A stretch of DNA of 64,000 nt from Candidatus Lutacidiplasmatales archaeon (GTDB lineage: Archaea; Thermoplasmatota; Thermoplasmata; Lutacidiplasmatales; UBA184), in NCBI GenBank assembly GCA_044451945.1, contig JBIOKR010000005.1:4573-68572 (forward strand), read 5' to 3'. Both the position numbers and the translations under genes were made by a program. Below are positions 57,523-64,000 of the stretch, piece after piece (within the stretch, counting starts at the first letter, position 1; each line of letters opens with the position of its first letter). The notes below the pieces were generated by a model. That model saw nothing but the letters and a program-made list of their open reading frames with translations, made no database searches and was not told the origin of the DNA.

Positions 57523-58281
57523 TCACGGGGCCCCAGAGGGCTCCGGCGAGTTCGGCGGCGTCGCGGTCCCTTGGGCCTGCGGGGCGTCCACGAGCGGTCG
57601 CAGGGAGCTCCAGCGCGGGGCTTCGACGCGGGCCCACCAGTCATGCCGGTCGAGAAGCTCCGCATTGAGCCCCGCCCTGCCCGCGGCCCGTACGTCGCTC
57701 CAGAAGAGAGGTCCGACGAACATCGTGCGCTTGCGCGGGACCCCGAGCTTCTCCACCGCCGCACGGAACGCGACCGGATCCGGAAAGCCGGCCGTGCCGG
57801 CCGCCGGCTCGATGAACAGGGAATCGGGGATCGTCGAACGTTTCATCGACCATCGGACGACCTCGGCGGGAAGGGAGCTCACGACGCCGACCTTCACCCC
57901 CCGGGTGAGGAGGGCGCCGAGCGAGGGGAGGGCATCCGGGAACGCCTCGACCTCATTCGTCGGCTTCAGGAATCGGCCCACGACCGCCTCGGTCTCGGCG
58001 TCCGGCAGGGGGTGGCCCGCGATCGCCGCGAGCGTCTCCTTGAGATGGCCGCGGTACGCTTGGGCGTCCGGGAGAGCGCTGCCGCCGGTGAGCGCCAGCC
58101 ATCGGCGCCGGTCCCAGCCGAGCACCGAGCGCTTGATCGCCGCCCGGGCGCTGCGTTCGGAGAGCATCGGGCCTCTCGGTCGCCACGCCCACTGCCAGTG
58201 CGAAAGCGTCTGCCACGGGACGAGCCCGTCCTCCAGCATGATCAGCACCGCCGAATACGGCGGTACGCTCGGGGTCGCCAC
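57523..58281 (-). CDS. HAD-superfamily fold protein with degenerate catalytic motifs
   Basis: FPDALPSL, GVKVGVVSS, PDPVAFRAAVEKLGV and MFVGP...SDVRAAGRAGL. Motif I lacks Asp. Confidence 0.7.
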   Translation of the reverse strand: MATPSVPPYSAVLIMLEDGLVPWQTLSHWQWAWRPRGPMLSERSARAAIKRSVLGWDRRRWLALTGGSALPDAQAYRGHLKETLAAIAGHPLPDAETEAVVGRFLKPTNEVEAFPDALPSLGALLTRGVKVGVVSSLPAEVVRWSMKRSTIPDSLFIEPAAGTAGFPDPVAFRAAVEKLGVPRKRTMFVGPLFWSDVRAAGRAGLNAELLDRHDWWARVEAPRWSSLRPLVDAPQAQGTATPPNSPEPSGAP

Positions 58282-58293
58282 GGTCGACCCGGC

Positions 58294-59157
58294 CTAGCCC
58301 CGACCGGTCTTCTGCAGCTCGAGAAGGTCCTCGGTGGAGACCTTCTCGCCCTTCTTCAGCCGCGCCAAGAAATCCTCCTCCTTCGGAGGCTCCTCGGTCG
58401 CCCAGCGCGTCGGGACGTGACCCCCCCGCGCCGCGTAGAGCATCTTCTCGAGGTCCCGGACCTCCTCGATCGCCGCGATGTGGGAGCGGTGCTCCTCGTC
58501 CGCGGCTGCCTTTACCTCGATGAGCTTCGCCTGGATGTCATCGGCCTGCCGGCGAAGTTCGTCGACGCCCTCGTAGAGGCCGACCATCGTCTCGTGCTCC
58601 TTCTGCGCCTCCTCGGCGAGGCCCCCGACGGCGGCGTGGTGCTTCTCGGCTTCGGCGCGCGCCTCGTTGAGCGCGGTCGTCGCCTTCTCGATCTCCGGGT
58701 CCTGACGGAACTGGTCGTCCTGGTCGCGGATCCCGGCCTCGAGTCGCTTCATCTCCTCGATGAGCCGCTTCTCCTGGTCGGGGGTGTGCGCGGTGGTCAT
58801 GTGGCGGAACTCGAGCTCCTTGAGCTCCTTGCGGAGTCGCCAGACGGGGACCGCTCCCTGGCGGGGCGGGCGGGCGCGCTTGAGCTCCTGGACCTTGTCG
58901 CTCGTCTCCTGGAGCTTGCGGTTCCACTCTTCCCGGAGCCGCTTGGCTTCCCGGACCTGGTCGTTGAGGTCGTCGCGGTGCCGCCGGTGCTCCTGCGCCT
59001 CCGAGCTCTTTGCGTGGAGCTCGTCGATGATCTGGGCGCGCTTCTCCGCGACCTCTCGGGCTTCGGCGTTGAGCTTGTCGCGTTTGGCCCGGTGGCCGTC
59101 CGCCCGCGCGTTCGACTCCGCGCGCTTTCGTTCAAGCTCTTCGGTCGCGTCGGTCAA
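58294..59157 (-). CDS. Archaeal coiled-coil protein
   Basis: Long heptad E/K/R-rich sequence, RDKLN/RDDLN repeats, LEFRHMT...EKRLI, C-terminus KKGEKVSTEDLLELQK. TTG start inferred. Confidence 0.8.
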   Translation of the reverse strand: MTDATEELERKRAESNARADGHRAKRDKLNAEAREVAEKRAQIIDELHAKSSEAQEHRRHRDDLNDQVREAKRLREEWNRKLQETSDKVQELKRARPPRQGAVPVWRLRKELKELEFRHMTTAHTPDQEKRLIEEMKRLEAGIRDQDDQFRQDPEIEKATTALNEARAEAEKHHAAVGGLAEEAQKEHETMVGLYEGVDELRRQADDIQAKLIEVKAAADEEHRSHIAAIEEVRDLEKMLYAARGGHVPTRWATEEPPKEEDFLARLKKGEKVSTEDLLELQKTGRG

Positions 59158-59399
59158 GGGGCACCACCGGAGGAGTCCAACACCCCGGGGGGATGATTCG
59201 AATTGAGGGGGCCATATAAGCGCTTCCGAGGGCGCAGAGGCGAACACCGGCACGGTGGCGAGTGGCCGTTACGCCCGGCCGGCGCAGCAAGAAACCCGGC
59301 GCCGCGTCCTTTCATCGCCGTCCCCGGCCGCCGGAGCCGCCCGCACCGCTTCGAGTCCCGCATCATCCATATATCGCTCTCCCCGGTTGAATCCGCTTC

Positions 59400-60848
59400 G
59401 TGGAGGAGATCGGCCGCATCTTCGGCGATGTGGGGCTCGGCCTCTTCCAGCTCAACCTGAGCTCCCCGGTGGAGCGGGGGGAGTACCTCGCCGTGGACGA
59501 TGAAACCCATGGGCGAGTTCTCTGCCAGCTCGACAACCTGCTGAGGAAGAGCGACCTCGACCTCGAGCGGGCCGGGACGATGCATGAGGGGAGCGACACA
59601 CCGATCCACGAGCGCCTCCTCGGGACGGCGACCATCATCGGGTATCGGAACAACCAGGGGATCGTTTGCATCCCGACGATGCCGTTCCGTCCGGGCGCCC
59701 CGGTGTTCCGGGCCGAGGAGCCGCTGATCGCGGCCATCCTGGGGATCGGCAAGCATTCGGCGGCGGGAGCGTACGTGGGGCTCTTGCGCGGCCACTCGCT
59801 GAAGGTCGAGCTCGACATCAACCAGCTCGTCCAGCGGCACGTGAGCGTCCTGGCGAAATCCGGAGGAGGGAAGAGCTACCTTCTCGGCGTGCTGGTCGAG
59901 GAGCTGCTCCGCCACAAGGTCACCTCCGTCATCATCGACCCGCACGGGGAGTACGGGTCGCTCCGGATCCCGGCGGAGGAGAACGGGGTCCACGCCCGCT
60001 TCAGCGTGCAATCCCAGGGTTTCCCGAAGCAGATCCAGGAGTTCTCGCCGGACGTCTCCCTCAACCCGAGCGCGAAGCCTCTCACCTTCTCGCTGCGCGG
60101 CATCGACCCGAGGGATCTCTTGGTCTTCCTCGGCCTGACCAACGTAAAGCAGTACCTCACGCCGCTGCGCACGTTGCTCGAGGAGGTGAGCGCCGCGAAC
60201 CCGGAGTTCTCCGTAAAGGACCTCGCCCGGGCCGCCGAACGCAAGGCGGAGCCGGTCTTCGACCAGCTGCACGACCGCCTCGACTACCTCGAGGAGACCC
60301 GCATCCTGGGGCCGAAGGGAACGAGCCTCAACGACCTGGTCCACAAGGGGGAAGCGACGCTGATCAACCTCAAGGGGGTCGCCCCCGACATCCAGGAGAT
60401 CGTCGTCGCCCGACTCGCGCTCACGCTCTTCGACAACCGCAAGAAGGGAAAGATCGGGCCGCTGTTCCTCGTCATCGAGGAGGCGCACAACTTCGCCCCC
60501 CAGCAGGGGGCCGTCGCCTGCTCGAGGATCCTGAAGAACGTCGCGAGCGAGGGCCGCAAGTTCGGCCTCGGCCTGTGCGTCGTCACCCAGCGGGCGGCGC
60601 GCATCGACAAGAGCGTGCTCTCGCAGTGCAACACGCAACTGATCCTGCAGGTGACCAACCCGCTCGATCTCAAGGCGATCGCGCAGTCGATCGAGGGATT
60701 GACGCCGGGAATGACCGAAATGATCCAGTCGCTACCGGTCGGTGTCGCGCTCGTCACCGGCGGCGGCTACCACACCCCGCTGTTCCTCGAGGTCCGGCCC
60801 CGGGCGACCAAGCACGGCGGCGAGTCGGTCAAGATCGTCGACAACTGA
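59400..60848 (+). CDS. HerA/DUF87-family ATPase
   Basis: RHVSVLAKSGGGKS, IDPHGEY, IEEAHNF, EGRKFG and TQR. Confidence 0.9.
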   Translation: MEEIGRIFGDVGLGLFQLNLSSPVERGEYLAVDDETHGRVLCQLDNLLRKSDLDLERAGTMHEGSDTPIHERLLGTATIIGYRNNQGIVCIPTMPFRPGAPVFRAEEPLIAAILGIGKHSAAGAYVGLLRGHSLKVELDINQLVQRHVSVLAKSGGGKSYLLGVLVEELLRHKVTSVIIDPHGEYGSLRIPAEENGVHARFSVQSQGFPKQIQEFSPDVSLNPSAKPLTFSLRGIDPRDLLVFLGLTNVKQYLTPLRTLLEEVSAANPEFSVKDLARAAERKAEPVFDQLHDRLDYLEETRILGPKGTSLNDLVHKGEATLINLKGVAPDIQEIVVARLALTLFDNRKKGKIGPLFLVIEEAHNFAPQQGAVACSRILKNVASEGRKFGLGLCVVTQRAARIDKSVLSQCNTQLILQVTNPLDLKAIAQSIEGLTPGMTEMIQSLPVGVALVTGGGYHTPLFLEVRPRATKHGGESVKIVDN

Positions 60849-60872
60849 CGACGCGATCCGGGCCGAGCGGTC

Positions 60873-62396
60873 TCAGCGCCCGGCGTCCAGCAGGTAGCGG
60901 GTGACCAGTCGGACCCCGAAGGCCGTCGCCCCGGGGTTCTGGTACGCCGGCTGGTACTTGCGCGTCGTGGCGTTGGTGTACGCGGGCCCGGCGATATCGA
61001 GATGCGCCCACGGCGTCTTCCCGACGAACGTCTCCAAGAAGGCGCTCGCCGTCAGCACCCCGGCCGGCGGGATCTCGGTCGAGTTGCGCACGTCCGCGAG
61101 GTCGCTCTTCACGAGCTCGCGGTGGTAGTCGGTGAGCGGGAGGCGCCAGAGCGGCTCGCCGGTCGCCGCCGAGGCGTCCAAGAGGCCGCGGGCGAGCCGG
61201 TCGTCGGTCGACACGACCGCCGCCGTGTCGTCGCCCAGGGCGACGACGCACGCTCCCGTGAGCGTCGCGAGGTCGATCACCTCGTCCGGGTGGTGCTTGT
61301 CGACGACGTAGCCGAGCGCGTCGGAGAGGACGACGCGTCCCTCGGCGTCCGTGTTCAGGATCTCGATCGTCTTGCCGTTGTAGGAGCGCACGACGTCCCC
61401 GGGGCGATAGGCCGACGGACCGGGGAGGTTCTCGGCGCACGCCATCACGCCGACGACCTTCGGCGGCGCCTTGAGGAGGGCCGCCGCCCGCATGATCCCC
61501 ATCACCGCGCACGCGCCGGACTTGTCGAACTTCATGTCGCCCATGTGCAGCGCCGGTTTGAGCGAGATCCCCCCGGAGTCGAAGGTGATCCCCTTGCCGA
61601 CGACCGCGACGGTCTTTCCGCTGCGCGCCCCGCCGGCGTACTCGAGGACGATCATGCGGGGGGGATGGATGCTCCCGCCGCCGACGCCCAGGATCCCGCC
61701 GCATTTCATCTCGGCGAGCTTCTCCTCGTCGAAGACAGTGACCTTGATCCCGACCTCCTTGCCCATCCGCTTCGCCTCCTCGGCGAGCCAGGCGGGGGTC
61801 GCGGTGTCGGCCGGAACGTTGGCGATGTCGCGGGTCCACAGGACGCAGTCGAGCAGCGTGAGCTCCTGCTCTAAGGCCTTCTTGAGCGCGGCCTCCTCGC
61901 GGGTGAACCCGTCACCGAGGAAGATCGTCGCCTCCTCGACCCGACTGTCGCGGGTCGACTTGTACTTCATGAACTCGTAGCCGCCGAGCATCGCGCCGTC
62001 GGCGAGCGCCCTAACCGCGGCCTCGCTCGTGACCCGCTCGGAGACGAAGGAGGGAAGCCGGAACCCGACCGTGCGGACCCCCTTGCCCTTGAGTGAACGG
62101 ACCGCCTCCGCGGCGGCCCTTCGGACGGTGTCGGCGTCCACGGAGGAGGCGCCCCCCAGACCGATCAGGATGACCCGGCCCTTGCCGTCGGGTCGGTGGA
62201 CGACCGTGAGCTCCTTGCGCTTGCCCGTAAGCTCCCGGCGGGTCCACGCCGGGGCGAGCAGACCGCCGGCCGCCTGCTCTTCCTTGGCGAGGTTGCGGGG
62301 GAGCGCCTCGTCCTTGTCGGAGCGCTCGAAGACGCCGCTCACCGAGGCGTCGACGGAACCTACAGTAGCCTCTCGGCGGTCGAGCTGGAGCTTCAT
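60873..62396 (-). CDS. pepA: Leucyl aminopeptidase (M17)
   Basis: VGKGITFDSGG, MKFDKSG, NTDAEGR, DLATLTGA and WAHLDIAG. Confidence 0.95.
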   Translation of the reverse strand: MKLQLDRREATVGSVDASVSGVFERSDKDEALPRNLAKEEQAAGGLLAPAWTRRELTGKRKELTVVHRPDGKGRVILIGLGGASSVDADTVRRAAAEAVRSLKGKGVRTVGFRLPSFVSERVTSEAAVRALADGAMLGGYEFMKYKSTRDSRVEEATIFLGDGFTREEAALKKALEQELTLLDCVLWTRDIANVPADTATPAWLAEEAKRMGKEVGIKVTVFDEEKLAEMKCGGILGVGGGSIHPPRMIVLEYAGGARSGKTVAVVGKGITFDSGGISLKPALHMGDMKFDKSGACAVMGIMRAAALLKAPPKVVGVMACAENLPGPSAYRPGDVVRSYNGKTIEILNTDAEGRVVLSDALGYVVDKHHPDEVIDLATLTGACVVALGDDTAAVVSTDDRLARGLLDASAATGEPLWRLPLTDYHRELVKSDLADVRNSTEIPPAGVLTASAFLETFVGKTPWAHLDIAGPAYTNATTRKYQPAYQNPGATAFGVRLVTRYLLDAGR

Positions 62397-62410
62397 GCGC
62401 TCCAGGGGAT

Positions 62411-62791
62411 TCAGAACGTTGGTCTTAGCTTCTGCCGGTCGATGCGGATGCCGCCCGGCGTCAGGCAGATCAGGTTCTTGGCGATCCCGGCCACGTCGCC
62501 GCCCGTGTCCTTGGCGACGTTCTTGAGGTCCACGCTCATCCGGCGGACCGCCATCGGGTCGTTCGCGATCGAGGTGTAGTCGATGATGATGACGTCACCC
62601 TGGTAGGCGAGCTTGGAGACGTGGTGGAGGTCCTCGAAGCGAAGGATCTCGGCCATCTTGATCGACGCGTGGGCTCCCGCAAAGTTGTCCGCCTCGTCCT
62701 CGAAGCCCATCGTGCCCAGGTCGAGGAATGAGCCTTCCTCGAGGGTGTCGGAGCCGTGGTGGCGGCGGAGAATTCCTTTCTTGTTCATCAT
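62411..62791 (-). CDS. sepF: Cell division protein SepF
   Basis: GDVIIID, GGDVAGI and ICLTPGGIRIDR. Confidence 0.88.
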   Translation of the reverse strand: MMNKKGILRRHHGSDTLEEGSFLDLGTMGFEDEADNFAGAHASIKMAEILRFEDLHHVSKLAYQGDVIIIDYTSIANDPMAVRRMSVDLKNVAKDTGGDVAGIAKNLICLTPGGIRIDRQKLRPTF

Positions 62792-62830
62792 GAGCCGGTG
62801 GCCTCCTTGCCAGACGTTTCTGAGGAGGGC

Positions 62831-63685
62831 TCACCTCTTAAGCATGCCGTTGGAGGAGAGCCCGGAGTCGGCGGCCCGGTGCCCTTGACGGGAGGGGGCG
62901 GAGTCGGTGTCCCTGCGGTCCGTGCCCTGCCGGCTTCGGGCGGGGACGCTCGCCATGGCGGTCCGGGGGACCCTCAGGCAGAGCGTGACCCGGTAGACGT
63001 CGCGGCCGTCCTTGCGGCCGTAGAGGGTCGCCGACTCCTTGAGCGTCCCCCCGATCTTCGTCTTCATCAGCCGGGCAAGACCCCGGGCGGCGATCGTCTC
63101 CGAGAGGTAGAAATCCCACCCCTCGGGAAGCTCCTCGCGCCAAGAGAGCGCCTTTCGCATCTCCGCCCGAGCCTGGGGGATCGCCCGGTCCCACAGGCCG
63201 GCGAGCCGCTCCCTGAGCTCCCGGGCCGACTCCTTCGGTGGGCCCGGTTCCGAGCGGAGCTGGATGACGGCCGTGTAATAGTGCCCGGTGCGGCGGCTGC
63301 AATCCTCGCAGTTCCGGTGGTCGACCTTGACGATGAGCTTGACGAGCACGGTGCGCTCGGTGCCGCGGAACCTCACCAGGACGGCCCCCTCGAGCTCGCG
63401 TTGGAGCGGGTTCGAACCGGTCTCGGTCCACACCACCTTGCGGATCCCGACCTCCTCGTGCGGCTCGAGGAACGGGGCGAGGTCCTCGGGGGTCAGCAGC
63501 GTCGAGGAGCCGGCTCCCTCCCAGTGCTGTCCGATCCTTCGGGAGCCGCATGTTGGGCAGATGACGACGGTCGGTCGCTCCTTCGACCGGACGAGCGGAT
63601 TGTTCTTCACGTAGCAGTCCGGGCACAGGCCGTCGGCGATCGCCACGTCCGAGCGCCCGCAGAGGACGCAGAATTCTGCCCCCAC
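62831..63685 (-). CDS. NMD3-family ribosome maturation protein
   Basis: FCVLCG, LCPDC, CPTCG, CEDCSR and YYTAVIQLR. Confidence 0.9.
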   Translation of the reverse strand: MGAEFCVLCGRSDVAIADGLCPDCYVKNNPLVRSKERPTVVICPTCGSRRIGQHWEGAGSSTLLTPEDLAPFLEPHEEVGIRKVVWTETGSNPLQRELEGAVLVRFRGTERTVLVKLIVKVDHRNCEDCSRRTGHYYTAVIQLRSEPGPPKESARELRERLAGLWDRAIPQARAEMRKALSWREELPEGWDFYLSETIAARGLARLMKTKIGGTLKESATLYGRKDGRDVYRVTLCLRVPRTAMASVPARSRQGTDRRDTDSAPSRQGHRAADSGLSSNGMLKR

Positions 63686-63692
63686 GCTCCGC

Positions 63693-63989
63693 CTACTCGG
63701 TCACCGTGAAGATCTCGGCGTGGGGGACCCCCCCGAGGAGGCCGGTGCCGCCCTCCGCGACGAACCCGTGGGCGTGGGCGAGCGCGAGAACCCTCGGACC
63801 GAGGAGGTTCGCCGACGTCGCCTTGCCGAGCGCCCAGAGGAGCTCCTCCTCCGAGACCGCCCGCTCCCCGTAGAAGAAGGAGGTGATCTGCACGGTGCGT
63901 CCGGCGCTCCCCACGGGTAGGGCACGGCCGATCAGCTCCTCGTCGCACGCCGCGACGACGACTTCCGCGCGGACCCGGTGGATCCGCAT
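63693..63989 (-). CDS. DUF424 family protein
   Basis: VVVAACDEELIG, FFYG, ANLLG and GGVPHA. Confidence 0.88.
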   Translation of the reverse strand: MRIHRVRAEVVVAACDEELIGRALPVGSAGRTVQITSFFYGERAVSEEELLWALGKATSANLLGPRVLALAHAHGFVAEGGTGLLGGVPHAEIFTVTE

Positions 63990-64000
63990 GACGATACCGT

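Noticed and set aside
59400-60848. HerA-like ATPase as a possible defence system
   Set aside because: No adjacent NurA, Sir2 or other nuclease or effector; the context is housekeeping.

Overview
High-GC archaeal genomic DNA, most consistent with Thermoplasmata. Support: archaeal AlaRS, proteasome beta next to aCPSF1, VAT/CDC48, Cgi121, rpl18e-rpl13-rps9-rpoN, NMD3, DUF424, SepF, TATA-box promoters, and also MutS/MutL and bacterial-type FolC. Most of the window is housekeeping genes, with accessory patches of secreted or membrane proteins. The best candidate for an undescribed system is a compact three-gene operon at 20075-23227 (minus strand). It encodes a split-borosin RiPP precursor (helical borosin-binding domain plus a His-rich core), an OphMA/SonM-type peptide backbone alpha-N-methyltransferase, and a class III nucleotide cyclase-TolB-TPR protein 6 nt downstream. 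Other notable items: (1) a tRNA-Gly(TCC) with a 32-nt BHB intron in the T-loop at 59/60; (2) a tRNA-sized perfect four-stem cloverleaf between tRNA-Ser and mutS; (3) a PD-(D/E)xK nuclease gene directly after mutS-mutL; (4) a four-member family of Cys-containing secreted proteins; (5) a pair of small His-Cys3 proteins, one preceded by a TGCGAC operator-like array; (6) an isobutyryl-CoA-mutase-type B12 mutase; (7) a type E (HdrB-anchored) succinate dehydrogenase. All calls come from reading motifs by eye. No searches were run, and several start codons are estimates.
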